From NCBI GenBank assembly GCA_050084515.1, contig CM114271.1, forward strand, positions 49,104,001 to 49,168,000: 64,000 nt of DNA. The letters run 5' to 3'. Shown one piece after another: positions 13,894 through 28,030 of the stretch (its first letter is position 1; the number at the start of each line of letters is the position of its first letter). Both the position numbers and the translations under genes were made by a program. This DNA is from Blasia pusilla (taxonomy: Eukaryota). The notes beneath the pieces were generated by a model, which saw only the letters and a list, made by a program, of their open reading frames with translations, did no database searches and had not been told where the DNA came from.

Positions 13894-15442
13894 TTATTCC
13901 ACATCTGCGGACTTGTGATGGCCAGGTGACAGTTTATCTTTGATTCTCTCCATGAAAGTAGGCTTCTCGTGGTCACTTTCCGACGTGGTCGATGCGGTAG
14001 CGTGCGTCTCATGACCATCTTTCTTATGGCCGGGTAAGTGAAGTTTGATCTTCGCCATTAACCCCTCGTCGTGTCGAGTCTCTTCGGTGGTGGTTGCCTT
14101 ATGGGGGTCTTGTTGAAGATTCGCATGACTACCTGCGCATGCCAAATCCGGGCTAAGAACCTCTACGTCTTTGAACGCCCCATCCTAGTAACTACGAGAA
14201 GTTACCGGAGTCCCCTAATCATTCAGTGAATAATCTGCGGAAACGAGGGGATGACGAAGGAAATGAAGCGAGAACTTTGAAGCAGGAAATGATTCAGAAA
14301 CAGCCAATCGTCCTAATCGTACCTTCGTGAGCCGCAGCAGAGGGATGATTGTCGTAGCTGTAACTCTTATCAACCTGAGCAGATGAGTCCGAGGCGTCTG
14401 GCTCGGTCGATTCTCGATTGCAAGCGAAATTCTCGTGAACACGCAACGGCCCTGTTTGATTATACTGCTGGGATTCCTCTCCCTGAATCCCACTTTCATC
14501 ATCCATCTGTTGACCCGCGCCGGAGGGAAAGCCATCGACAACCCCATGAGCTACCCCATCTCTTACCTCCAGCTCTTGCAAACTGGCAGTATTCGAGTCG
14601 GAGACGTTGGGTCGAGAGTTATGTCCTCCGGCAGCGACAGCAGAGGGCAATTCACCATCGTGACCGTATTTAGGACCGAAGTGATTCTCGTCGAAAAGCA
14701 CAGTACCTGGTGATCGCGTTGGATCTAGTAAATGCCCATACTGATTGTCCTCCCCAAAGTGTTTGGACTTATGGGTTACGGGTACTCGCTGACCGAGAGC
14801 CAAGCCATCTCCTCCGTCCTGGCTGAGAGGGACATGAACATCTTCCACGTCACAACTCCGTCCCACATCTCCTTGCTCTGAATGTTTTCCAGGAGTCTGA
14901 CCACCACGCTCAACCTCCGATTGAACAGATCGAGTATTCGCATCTACTGCGCCATAGGCAGAGCTCCGCTGTTCAATTCTACCCCCCATATTCCCAGCTT
15001 CCGACTCGGATGGAGCATAGTAATCTCCCTCACCTCTGTAGCCTCCCGGTGTGGAGCTACCACGTCCAGCATCTGAAGGAGCGGTGTTTGGATCAACGAA
15101 GCCGTACTTAGAGTTATCTGCTTTAGAAGTGTTATCGACGAAACGTCCGTCGTGATTGTCATCCCTTCTCACACCGGATTCCTCGCCGATGTGATATCCA
15201 CCATCACCGAAGTTCTTTAGGAGCTCAGCCTCGCGGTCCCCCCCACCGTAGCCGACTTGGGATGATGGTGGCTCACGGAGCATGCGGTCGCCATGCTCCT
15301 GCGCATCATTTCTTGAGCTCTGGTAATCTTGTCTACTGGAATACGGCGTCTCCTGCAGCAGACTTCTCTCCGATCCCTGTCCTTCCGCCGCATTAGCATC
15401 CTGCCACTTCTGTCCCTGACCTGATTCGAATGGAACGGACAT
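13894..15442 (-). CDS. Dehydrin (LEA group 2)-like protein, join(15442..14323,14132..13894), 452 aa
   Basis: Gly/Ser/Asp/Glu-rich hydrophilic exon 1; phase-1 GT-AG intron 14322-14133 joins it in frame to an exon with two K-segments (DEGLMAKIKLHLPG, EKPTFMERIKDKLSPG). Confidence 0.85.
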
Positions 15443-15829
15443 AGCTCCAGAAACGATCTCCCCTGTTCACCCGATCCCACCCTTTTCAAATTCTACAGTA
15501 TCAGACACTATCCAGATCGCCTCTCGCAGACTCCTCCGCAGCGAAGTGTAGCAGTAGACTTCGGTTGGCGGCTTCGGTTACAACAAGTCAGTAATGCGAA
15601 AATTTTCGACACAATCCGATTGCCATGCACTAAAGCTCCTCTCTACAGTTTGGAATTCTTGGGCTTTCCAAATGTGCCGTGGAACACCAGAAGTAGAGAG
15701 AGTATACCGATAATCGCAGGTTATGAAGTTGGAATGTCCACATCCGACAGTTTTCCAAGTGTCGACGATCTTGGGGCTGTCCGACGGACCTACAACACGT
15801 TCGCAACTGCCATGTCAGCTCCCCTCCAA

Positions 15830-15868
15830 ACTCGACGCGTGGCTCTAGGTTGCAGCCACGCGTCGAGT
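15830..15868. promoter_or_regulatory. Perfect 15-bp inverted repeat of an ABRE/CE3-like element upstream of the dehydrin
   Basis: ACTCGACGCGTGGCT-9 nt-AGCCACGCGTCGAGT, about 390 bp upstream of the ATG. Confidence 0.6.
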
Positions 15869-18800
15869 ACCCTTAGACACGGATCTACCTATAAGAATGT
15901 GATCGAACCGATCCTTTACCACTGCTACCACAAAGCGACAGCTGTGAGGCGAGCACAATACAGGAAACGAAACAAGTATGCGGCCGGCAAAATTTTAAAA
16001 AGGAAGGGACGTCAACGGAAGCAGATATCATACATCCCTGGAATGGCAGTAGGTAGGTAGATATTGCCGTGTTTAAGGAGTGTTAAAGAGTAGTACTCAA
16101 GTTAAGGCATCAAGTCGAAATTATTGTTGCAACTTGCAGCAAGCTTCCGTCAAAATGCCAATGGGATTGTTGTTTCGGGACGATATATTTGAGCACACAT
16201 GTTGAGCATGGCGAATGGGCTGAAACAGTTGTAATCATAAGAGTGCACAAATGGAGCTTCTATTAAAGTAGCTTACACTGGTATGATAGGAACATGTGAA
16301 GACGATCTTGTTAGAGTAGTACAATTGCCATATGGAGCGCAGGAGTATGTGGAAAACATTTTCATAGAAAATTTCATTACACCGGAAATGAATATGAGGG
16401 TTACTTTTTTGACACAACATTGGAGTGATGTTCATTGATGGATTGAGAATAAAGCGCAGAGGTGGATGGAAATGGTAATTTGCATTGTTCCATAAACAAA
16501 AGATGTAGATGGTCAAAATTATTTAAACGAAACAACCAGATAGTTGCTAACATTGTTGGCAAAATAACATATAGCAAAGTTTTGCAACTTCATACCCTTG
16601 AATACATGAGTCATTGCATCTACAAACAATGTAAATGCACGATGGGTCTTAATGCATATGCCACAAGTGCAGACAAATTCCAAAATTTTCTTGTTTGCAA
16701 CCTTCAGCCTATCAAGTAGGTTGTTTATACGGAAAATTTGAATGTCTAAGTCCTCATTTCGTAGATGACAGAAAGCCATTCAGAAAATCAACATTACGGT
16801 GGGACTCGTCGTATTTTGATGTGACCGCGTTAGTATTTGCAATTGCAGCCTCGTACATGTGCATTGGAATTGTCCCATGGGCAAGAATTTTGCCTTTGAG
16901 AATAAGTAATGTTGGTTCGTGACTCTGCGCAGACTTGGAAACATTGCACCTTTTCTTCTTCCGTAGCGAGACAATTGTAGAAGGAACAATCGAGGCAGTC
17001 GACATTGGTGGATCCTTAACGACATGTGAAGCAGAAATATTGCCTTATTGTAAAGTACAGAAGAGCAGAGTGCAAGTGATAAAAAAAAATTCTAAGATAA
17101 CTCAGGTCTCACAATAAGTAATGGAGATAAGCAAAGCATATTCACAATGCAAATAGGTTGTCAAAAAAAAGGTTGGGTTAGAGCATAGTAACATCAATAT
17201 GGATAAAGGAATATTAAAAAGTGACGAAATTACCCTTCCTTCCTCCAACCATGTTTCATCATCATGATCAGATGCATGATGTTCCATACTAGATCCAACA
17301 TGTCACTTATTATATGTGGGTCTAAGCAAGCGGTCAAAGTAACCTTCTTGATTGGAATGTATAATAATCCTTCATGAGATTTCCTCTCTAATCTTGAACT
17401 CCGCCTTGGGTGGAGACTAGCTATCCTCACATACTTGTGCCTTCAATTCTTTCTCTTCACAACCCTTGGCACTCCAAACCAACATAGAAACCACGAATAT
17501 ATGAGTTTTCATTAGCAAAATATACACACGAATGAGTAGCTCTATATGTTCCTATTGCAAGCCAGAAACTTGAAATCCACCCAATGTTCAACAAAGATAG
17601 ACATGCACCTTAATGAACTAGAAGTTCAAAGATCGAGAGGGAATCTTGTAGATCTGAGTCACTGAACAAGAGAGCTTCTTTGGTTGTTCTCTCTTTCACT
17701 ATATAATTACAAGCTTGAGCCTCTTTGTAACTGTTTGGAGGACTCTCATGACCATTGTCGTTGTCAACATTTGGTTGTGTTAAGGTTATGGACCCTGATT
17801 GACCAAAGGCATCACTACCGGCATAAGACAAGATTTTTGGACCCACTCTCCAATCACTATAGTTGTTTGCACTACTCCAACTCTCTTCTTCCTGTCTCTC
17901 TCCAACATGGCAACTAGGACTCTGAACTTGGAACAAAGATGTAATTTCATTAGTACTACTTTCATTCAATATGGAATCAGATGCTAAGCCACCATTGACA
18001 AGGCCAAGAATGACTCAACTAGTTTGTAGTCATAGATAATATGACTATCAAGTTAGATATGAATTCCTTCAATTAATATATTAAAATGAAATTTACCAAC
18101 AAAAATTTATTTTTAATTTTTAAATGATAAATATTTTTTATTACTAAAATAGTAATCCAATCATCTTTGTATGACTTTAAGTTGGTAAAATTGTAGCTAA
18201 AAAATTCATATTTCTATTTAAGTCATTTATTCAGTCATTTACCACACTTACTCATTCTATTGCTAGTCATACAAATCACTCTTTTCTTCTAGTGCATGTA
18301 CATTGATGTGTTTTTGCATGACAAAGTCCATGGGTTGCAATAAGGGCAACAATGCACATTTTCACTTTACGTTGTTCAACTTGATGCTTGATCTTTATTT
18401 TTGTCAAAATTATTGCCGGCCCAAAGTCATGCCCAAGTATACGACTAAGACCCCATAGTTTGCTGCACATGGAAATATTCATGCATTGACTTGGAGAAGG
18501 ATGAAGATAATTATCGCAATTGTGGCACAAAGTGCTCCTACACCACACTTTGCTACACTCAACTTTTCTAGCACTACCTTGTAGTTTTTTTCCTCGAGGT
18601 ATGTTAATGATCTCCATAGATTGATCTCGGCCCTCATACACACATCGGGCACTCAACTGAATAAGGAATATAAAATTTTATTCTTCATCTCTAGTTGGTG
18701 CTCTTCTTGACTAGCTTGAGAAATAGAATTGTGCGTCCATACTAATCCCAAATGATCAGCAAAATTTAGTGGGAAACCAGCTGGTCATTAATTCAAAGAA

Positions 18801-19269
18801 AGCTAGCATGAACTGATGGACGACAAATTTTTTTCCGAACCCATGATCTAGTATACAAGCAAACTTAGCTTATTAAAATGAGAAGTGTTTATTTCATTGT
18901 AAAATAGTCTAAAAAATAATGAGTTTTTTGCCCATGCTTGAGCACAAAAATTATCTTCTTAATGATTAAAATTTTCCATTTAAAATTTTAAATCTAATTT
19001 TCAATTTCTTATTTCTTAAATGTTACAAGAGTAATAAATTTTGGATTTTCTAAATAATTTCACTCCTCAATTAAAATCAAATAATGCCCGACTCTCGTAA
19101 ATAATTTTACCCCCACCATTACATTTAACATCCACTAATTCCACCATTACATTTTAAAAAATTCCTATTTTTTCCCCTCCATTCCTCCCACCAAAATAAC
19201 ATCCACTAATTAAATCATTAGTTGATTTTAATTGATGGAATAATTTCCCTTTTCCATTCGAATTGACTT

Positions 19270-19630
19270 TCCTTTCTCAAAATATCAAATGTGAATGAAG
19301 ATGATTATTTTCAGAATTTAAATATAATTTCCATGTTTGAGTCTTAAAGGAGTATAACATTTCACTCTTCTAAGTAACTCCACTCCTCAATTTAAATTTA
19401 AATGATACCCCACTCCCCAAAATAACTCCATCATTCCATAAAATTTTAAACAATACATATTCCTCCCCTTTAACTCCTCTCACCAAAATAATACTCATTA
19501 AGTAATAATTAATTAATTTAATAAAATCCTGTTATTTTTCATTCAAATTCATTTCCTATTTAAAAATAAAAATTTTATATTTTTTAATTAACTTGTTATT
19601 TTTTCCTATTTTACATATAAGGTTGTCCTT
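19270..19630 (+). repeat. AT-rich dispersed repeat (probable DNA-transposon terminal sequence)
   Basis: Inverted homolog of 13450-13790; a partial tandem copy precedes it at ~18960-19270. Confidence 0.6.
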
Positions 19631-20499
19631 TATAAAAAAAATTAGAATATATCAAAAAATCCTCCCGCCTATTTATCCTTGTGTTAAGCTAACCCGAGGA
19701 GAGGTTGCTCGAGCTGCCCTAGACTCGACAATGGCGAAAGGAGAGAAGGCCACACTGAGGAGCTTATTTGAAAAGTTTGGCTAGTGGCGGGAAATCTCAT
19801 AGAGGCCATGAAGTAGGGTAGAGAGTGAGCTCAATCGAGCTTGAGCGCTGCATGGGGAGGGAGGGAGGGGAGGGCCATCATTCTACTATTAGAGTAGGGA
19901 ATAAAGACTTGCACAAGTTCAAAAATTCTAGGTGCTGTAGAAGAGAGTACTCCACAAGAGAGGAACTTCAAACGAGGCCGTCATGGAAGGAGCGGTAAAT
20001 GGTGATTTTGTGAGGCCCAAGGTGAAAATTTCTTCTCGTCCAGCTTAATTCATTGCTTGAGGCATAGTTAGAGCTTCAAAAAAAATTCCCTTGTTCAACT
20101 CCCTTCGTCCGTTCCTTTGCCACTTTTTGTTTTAATTCTTTGATGGGAACATTCTATGTAATTTCACGTCACTTTTGAACATTGGACATAAACATGTTCG
20201 AACATCCTCATCATGTACTTCACATTCTTCCTCCTGGACCCTTTTTGTCTATTCATCTTAAATAGACAAATGAGGAGGCCACTATCCCTCTTTGAACCTA
20301 TCCAAAGGGATAGGTTCAATTATTTTCTTGAAGGGAAGAGAAATAGAGAGAATTTCCATTGTGCCTTCAAGATTAGAAATTCAAGTGAGAGGAAAATTTA
20401 TCGAGACATTATCTGATATTGGTGTGCTTATGGACCATATGACTTTCAGAACATTGTTAAAAATGATCTCTTGAGTAGTGTAGAAAAAGGGAAAAAGAA

Positions 20500-22400
20500 A
20501 GGTCCGAAATGTAGACCCCTAGCTCAATTGATATTGCTTGGTACATCCGTTTCTCAAGGATATCATACCACTTTGCAAAGGTGATGTATGTAGAAAGACC
20601 AAATTCCTGTTTGATTTAGTGGATGCATGGAGAACACACTAACAAGAATATTGAATTTTGTCATGAGATATTGGATAAGAGTGCAATTGTAGAAAATTCT
20701 ACAATTGCACGTGAATTTGTTGAAAGTTGGTGTTCAACGTGCAGACATTTTAAACGAACATTAAAAATACATCAGAGAGAGGTGTTTGGGAAGTTAAGTT
20801 CAGAAGGTGATATGGTCAAGGGATATGAACCTCATGGGTACCAGGAAAGATATCTATAACATTAAACCACAATTGAAGCGAGATTGATATCATTACATTG
20901 TGATGAAATTACTATAAGAATGTGGATCCAACAACATCTTGGTTTGGCTTTGTTGTATTGAGAACAAAACAAACTAAAAGATGTTCCATTTTGCTTAGTA
21001 GTTGCAACGCCATGGATGCTTGACTTTTATGCTATGATGAATTTCAAAATGGAATTGCATGCGTTTGGGCTTTGATGGAAAGATACACACAAGTTGATAT
21101 TGCAGAGGTGTTAAGTGTCATCTAATTGCAAGTGAATTATTACACAAGGGTAGAACTTCAATCTTCTGAGTTATGGAGGACGTCCTATTCATAGTGGATG
21201 ATTCCAAAGAGGAACAAGCTGCAATTGAGAATGTGTTTTCCCATAAAATCCCCAATCCAATGTTGATATGTTTATTTTTGTATTGTATAAATTTGAACAC
21301 TATAGTGTATATTATTGAGCATTAAGTATGGTTCAATACTTCAAAAGTTTAATTATTATCACCTCCACTTCATTTAGAGATGTCTTCCCATGTGTCATGA
21401 TATTTTTGTGCATCTCGCACATCCACAAAGCGTGGATCAAGAACTTGCATATGAGAGTTCGAGATCCCATTATCAAGGTTTGGAAGAATAAAAAGCTTAC
21501 TTAAGTCAATGTTTACCACAGATACAGGTACTAAACTTTATCTATCATACTAGAATAACACCTACTGAAAAATCTTTTAGCTTGTATTTCCAATCATCAT
21601 AATTAAAACCATAGGTCAAATAGTTCACAATAGGTATTTTGAACATCTGAATAAGTGTTCCAAACACCGTTTGGAGGAGAGAAATGTGAAGTATTTAATT
21701 AAGGCCTTTCTTGTGACTCCACAAATCCTTTGGTATTTGCTGAAGCTTTCATTGCTCAATGGAAGGATAAAAAACCTGTATTTGTGAGTACTTCCAAGCA
21801 TATTAGCTTCCCAAGATCCACATATGGGCCACCCACTATTGGAGCACCATAAGGAGAGCAAATCATAACACAACTGGAATTTTGGAGCGGTGGCATTCCA
21901 TGTTGAAGACTCACTTGAAAGCTTCAAGGAGACCTAAACGTCAACGTCACCTATCATGGCTATTGCATATGTTAGTGGACATAGTAGAGTCGTATTGTTG
22001 ATGTACCTCAAATTTGAAGATGCAAGGGTGCATGCAGAATTTAAATGGTAGAGAATAATATGGTCATGGAAATAAAGAATGCAAAATCCATACAAAATGA
22101 ACATGTTACATGTAGTTCCATCAGTGGAAGGAAAGTTGCATTTGAGAAAAGTCAATCTAAACCCCTCCAAACTCATGAAGTGGTTGATTATGAAAATTAA
22201 GCGTAACAACAGGCACGTGTCCCCATGTTGCTGAGTGGAACAAATGTAAATATCAGGTTAGTAACTTTTATATCCATCGTAAATGATATGTACTTGCTTG
22301 AAGATTGCAACGTTCAAACATTTTGAAATTGACATTCCTATTTGCTTGCACAAGTAAAGGTTCTTCTTATGGAAGCTCACATAGAAATTAATATCCTACT
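20500..22400 (+). mobile_element. Degenerate Mutator-like (MULE) transposase remnant
   Basis: Ordered fragments PFCLVVATPWML (~20985), FIVDDSKEEQAAIENVF (~21190), LCISHIHKAWIKNL (~21405) and TTGILERWHSMLK (~21870) match MULE DDE-domain motifs. Confidence 0.75.
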
Positions 22401-24149
22401 TTATTTGGGTAGAAATAAGGGGACTATTGGGGGCAGGGGATGACAAGGCTGACTAGTGAGCTAGTCGGAGGTGGGGAACCCACTACCCTCCTTGAATTTA
22501 ATTTCCATATGGAGGATGTTCAGGGCCCCAAAGTAGTTGGAGAGAAAGAATTGGTTTCTATGGTTAGAAACATGTAAAAATGGTATACTATTGTCATGTT
22601 CTCATGGACCATTTTCTAACTCTATTGCAAGATATCATCCAAAAAGTCCTTGAATTGAAAGCCAAACGTGAGGTGATATCACACACTTTTTGGACTCGGA
22701 AAACACTACGCCCACACCCTTGGAGAGAGTTCATGGTGTTGATTGGAATTTACAACGAAGAAAGGACATTGTGGAGACTATGATAGATGGTCAGAAAAGG
22801 GAAAAAGCCTGCCATACCAATTGAGAGAGTCACCATCATATTTCTGCCCATCCTCCAATGAAGTTGCACGTTGCTCTCAAGGAAAGATTCAGCACTACAA
22901 ACGAAGAGTTGGACTTGAAAATGGATGAGGAAATGGATTTGGAGATCGTCTGGGTGAAATATGTTGAAAAAGTACCTACAAATCATAGCTGAGTGAAGAC
23001 GAAGAAGAAAAAATTTGGCACTATTCAAACTAAAAAAGCATTGGATCGCCTCGATGTTGATCAATACATAAGAGTAAAAGACAAACTTGAACCTCAAGAG
23101 ACTCAAGCAAGTTCGTGTACAAAGGACATATTACGTGAACTGAATGCAAGGAAATAAGCACTCACCTCTAGTAGAACTAGCATAGACATTGACCTTCAAA
23201 GTAATGGACAAGATCCAACTCAAAAAATGTGGACTTAAATGATGGGAAGTAAAGTCGAAACTATTTAAGTAGGAAAATTTCTCTCCAAAAATAGTTCTTG
23301 AATGTTGCAAACTTATATTGTATTAGTTGTTCAATAGTGACTTAATTTTTTTATTATTGTCATCCCCCCCACCCCAAACTACAATTGTCTATTTCCATCC
23401 CCCTAATCAAAGGAGTTTCCACATAATATTATAGAAGTGGATCAACACTTGTACAAACAAGGGGGGCGAATTGGGCGAATAGTGATATGAGAACATTGAA
23501 GTATGGGAAGTTTCTATTTGTTGAAGAAGCCTCACACCCAATTAAGGAGGGGTGGCAGAAGATTTGGATTGCGGAGTGAATGAGCGTTTATATGGACCTT
23601 GGAAATATTGTTTTGAGTACATTGAAACACTATTGCATTCATCTAAATTGATTGTGAGACATAGAGGTCCAACTTCATATTTTCCCATATGATGGAGGTC
23701 AAAAAATGTGCCTTTTCCATGGATACTATCTATGGAGAGTAGTTGAGGAACAAAAAGTGCTACTCCTACTTACACTCCTACGATTTTGATTCAAGAAAAA
23801 AAGTTCGTACTATTCCTACACTCCTAGGCTATTGATGTGAGACGAACTCCACTACAAAATGGACCTATCCAAAATCACTCCATCTTGGTCCCAAACTTCA
23901 AGATTTATGTACAAGGACAACCAAGCTTGAACGTGTCATCAAAGATAAGAAACCAACCCAACAAGAAGTCCTAAATATGGCAATAGATATTTAAGCATAA
24001 TGGCTTGCAAAGATATATATTTACATGTTGAAATCTGGTGTGGATGGCTTGATTGCTTCTTGTTACAAAAGTTCTCATCCAGGATCATGCTTGTAAGAAC
24101 AAAACATGTAAGAGCTATGTTCAAGTCAAATTGAAAACTTTGTTAATTC

Positions 24150-27100
24150 AGGTCATAGTTTCATTTGGCATTTAACATGGAGAAGAGATTCCAACATTGA
24201 AAAAAAGGTTTTTTTCTCACCTTTTTTAGCTACCTTGCTCTTTGCCCTATTGCGATGCATAGTCCTTTGGTTTGGAACAACCACCAGCTCCTCACTATCT
24301 ATTGCAATTTTCTCAACAATTGTGGGATTAGGAACTACATCATCTGCCACTACTGTAGATTCCATGCTTGCTTCCATGGATGACTTCTGAGGGTCACATT
24401 CTCCGTCATGGTTGCATATATTCTGCTTGAGTTTGAGTGGTTCTTCTCGCAAGACATCCTTCTCTGCTCTCATTCCTCCAATGCCTTCTCCATGGCAAGT
24501 CTTTACTCTGCTGCTCCGCTCCCACACGCCTTCTTCTCTATATCTTCCCTCCTTTTTGCCCTCCTTTGCCTCTTTGCTAATTGGAAGGCAGATTCCATGT
24601 CCTCTCCATCTACAAAGAGCAAATGAGTAGTGTTGTAAGTTCTCCTACCCTATATAACCGAGCAAAATGAATAGGTTCAAGAATTAAGTGGAAGGTACAT
24701 ACAAGGTCCAATAATTCGGTGTTACTTGATGAAGATACAGTCTCTGTATCCTTGTTTTCTTTTAGATGACTTCCTTGGTGTGTCTCCTCTTCCTCATCTG
24801 AGTTATCAATAACCTTATTAATCTATACGGCCCTACATATGACGAACATTACTGCATGTTAGGAAAGGATAACATAGGTACACACAGGTGGAAGACTATA
24901 TGTTGCATTAACTCATAAGAACAATGAGAAAACTATTCAAAATAGGAAAAAAGTAGTGTTCATGGTAAAATCCTCCCCTCCAATAAGGATTATTAGGGAG
25001 ACTACAATAAGAAGACAAATAATGGATAAATAATGTCCGAACAGTAAAAAAGTGTTCATAGGCAAAGGGTTACATTGACATAGGAAAGAAAAGGACATTG
25101 AATTGAAGACAAAACACAAGGAAAATTTTACCTACACTCTCACCTCCTCCTCTCAAGTTCTTGGGTACTAGCTTCTTTATGCATGCCTCGACTACTCTAT
25201 TTTGAAACCTGGCCAAGACGTCCTCCTTGTGGGTCTTCTTCCACGCATGGTAATCTCTAATGGCGAGTGGTTGCCAATACTCCTCAATCCACATGTGCTT
25301 GTAGGTGGCTAGGTGTGCTTGACTCTTGATGTGGTCCATAGTCATATTCACCTACGCCTCCCTCTCAAGGCAGAGGGCCTCTAGGTCCTTTCCTCTATAG
25401 AAAGTGGAGGAAGATAAACGTGGAAACAAGGCCAAGTAAAAAATTCTCCGCCTAAACCAAAAGCGAAGGGTTGATACAACACTTTGAATATGATACCAAC
25501 TCCAACTAAATTCTGAGTCAACATCAAGTTTTGGCTTAGCAAGAATAGAATTTTGAACTTTGTCACACCATTACTACACACATTCATCAACAAGGAAGAA
25601 TTGAATGCTCTTCGATATGTCATGCTCAAGAAAAAAATTAGACAAAGCATCCCAAGAGCTTATACCAAAATCTTGGAAATAGTGCTCAATCAACTCAACT
25701 AACAAACATGAAGTTGATTGGGTAGGGACCTTCCCCGTGCTATGAAACATTTATTGCACCTTATCAAGCGCAATCATCTTTGCCCGTTGAGCACGCTCTT
25801 TCTTCTTATCTGTGTTTTGTCGCTTCTACCAAGCAAGCACATTCCCCTTGAGGCAGTCATGGTGCTCCATGCTAGTGGCTGCAAATATAAACCAAAGTCA
25901 ATAAAAAAAAAATCAAGTTTTTTGGGGTAGTGAATCACATATACATAAGAATTGAAAAACTTGCATTCATGACATAAGGATTTACCTTCCCACTGGCCAC
26001 GAAGTATTTGGGAAATCTTCTCCGCCTTTGATGAAGCAAAATTTCTTGGCTCAATCAAAAAAGGCACGTTGGCCATCCTTATTGTGGAACTTTTTCTTTA
26101 GATTCGACCTGGACCTTTCCTACCAAGTCTTAATCTCCTCAGCCTCCCTGCCGCTTGCTGATTTCTCCTTCTCCCCACTTCTAACCGAAGAAATCAAGCC
26201 AAGTTCAGGCCTCAACTCTAAAGCTCTCGCCGCTTCCCTACCTCTTCTTGCTCCTAATTGCTTGCCACCTCAAGCTCAGGTTGCAGTGCCTCATCTCGAT
26301 CCTCATCTCTCCTCGAGCTACTTGCAATCTAGTCGCCGTCTCTCGCCTCTCGTCTTGATCAACATTGATCTTGAGCTCTCGGGCTCTCCTTGTGCTCTCC
26401 TCATCCTAGCTCTCCTCCTCTCACCTTGGGCATTCTGCCTCCTGCCTCCTCCTCAAGCTCTCCCCTCTCCTTGCGCCCTCCTTCGAGCGCTCCTACTCCC
26501 ACCTTCGGCCTTCGGCCTCCCACCTCCTACTTGAACGCTTCATGGAGTGCGATCCAAGCTTTTGGGCTCAATCATAGCTCTCCTCCTCCCACCTTTGGCC
26601 TTCGGCCTCCCGTCTCTTCCTCTAGCTCAATTTGAGTTGATCGAGTTTGATTCGGGCTCTCCTCCTTGTAGGCACTCCCGCACACACTTGCCTCAATGCC
26701 TCGTCACCTTCTCCTCCTGACTCGCTGCCTCGTCCGACGTCCTGCCTCTTCTCGAGGTCTTCCTCAAGCTCAATTTGACCTACAAGCTGATCGAGCTCCT
26801 AGCTCTCCTCTCCACACTCTCGCCTCGCCGCCCTCGCCGTCTTTGAGCCCTCCTCCCGCCTCACACTCTCCTCCGCACACTCTCGAGCTCGAATGCTCAA
26901 TCCTCCCCTCCCACCTTCAGCCTCTTTCCTCCTCCTCGAGCTCGATCCAAGCCCTCCTCCGCGAGTTCTCCTCCTCTTGCGTGCACTCCAGCAATACCCG
27001 TTCTCCGCACACACTAGAGCTCGAACGCTGGATCATCCTAGCTCTCCTCCGCACACACTCGTGCTCTCCTCTCCGCAAACTCACATCGCCGTTTTCACTC

Positions 27101-27428
27101 TGCCTCCCCGCGCAAACTTCCCACGCCAACCTCGCCGACCCCGAACATTCCTCGAGCTGGAACGCTCGATCCTCCCCTCCCGCCTCATCGGACCTCTTAC
27201 GGGCAGCTCGGGCAGCCCCGCCTAACCCTCCATTTAGTTTAACCGGACGATGCATAGGCGCGCGGCTAAAAACCATTAATAAACCCGCATTACCGTTTCC
27301 GATTGGTGAATACCAGCAGTGTACCAGCAAATTGCCGAACCCTCCGCTGAGTCCGCTCCTTACGCAAAGTGGACCCGGACCTTCGCCTCTTATTGAGTGC
27401 CAAATAGGCCACAAGTTCTGGTACAGTA
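24150..27428 (-). mobile_element. Possible CACTA-like remnant with low-complexity subterminal region
   Basis: Broken ORFs and a CT-rich, GAGCTC-rich tract at 26100-27200; the right end reads TACTGTACCAGAA on the minus strand, one change from a CACTG-type terminus. Weak. Confidence 0.3.
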
Positions 27429-27469
27429 CTTAAGTAGAGAGTCTTAAGTAGTCATTACATACTTGGCGA

Positions 27470-27725
27470 TGCCACGCGTCGGCGAACGTATACGTTTCAT
27501 AATGGTGTTCTCTAAAAAGACCGGTTAATGCTAAAGTTGTGCGCTTATGAGCCTCCACGTAGCAGGAAACATTTAAGACCTCTGACATGGTTTCGAAGAC
27601 CATCCAGCGTCACAATCAGAATGCGCCACATGGAGAAGGTAGGACAGGTTGATAGCGGTGATGGAGTGCACCGACTTCTGAATGTGGCGAAGCCAATGCT
27701 TGACGCGTGGTATTTCCACCACGTC
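27470..27725 (+). promoter_or_regulatory. ABA/drought-type cis-element cluster upstream of the LEA-like gene
   Basis: GCCACGCGTC 27471, CCACGT 27555 and 27719, ACCGAC (DRE core) 27670, GACGCGTGG 27702; followed by a probable 5'UTR intron 27797-27993 (GTGAGT...CTGCAG). Confidence 0.55.
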
Positions 27726-28030
27726 ACCGCTCTCGACTCTGTGAGAGCTATGGACGTTCAATCCTTCATCGCCTTGTACAAAGTCATCCGTCATCTGTGA
27801 GTACTCCAACAATTTCAATTCTCCATTCTGCGATTTCCCTGTTCTCAAGACTTCCATGTATTTGTTTGATGTGTTGCCTCTCGCATCATCAGCAGCAGCC
27901 GCTTTGATTACGGATTTGGCCCATCTGTAGTTGGAGTGTTTCATCAATCTGTCTGTCGTTTACCATTGTGTGTTGTTGTTGTGAAATCTGCAGCTAAGGC
28001 TCGTGTGACAAGGCTTACGAACGGGGAGAT

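Noticed and set aside
16200-17100. Possible hAT transposase trace (TLRWDSSY)
   Set aside because: One short motif only; insufficient support
26028-27433. Long Pro/Ser/Leu-rich ORFs
   Set aside because: Arise from CT-rich low-complexity sequence that is open in several frames
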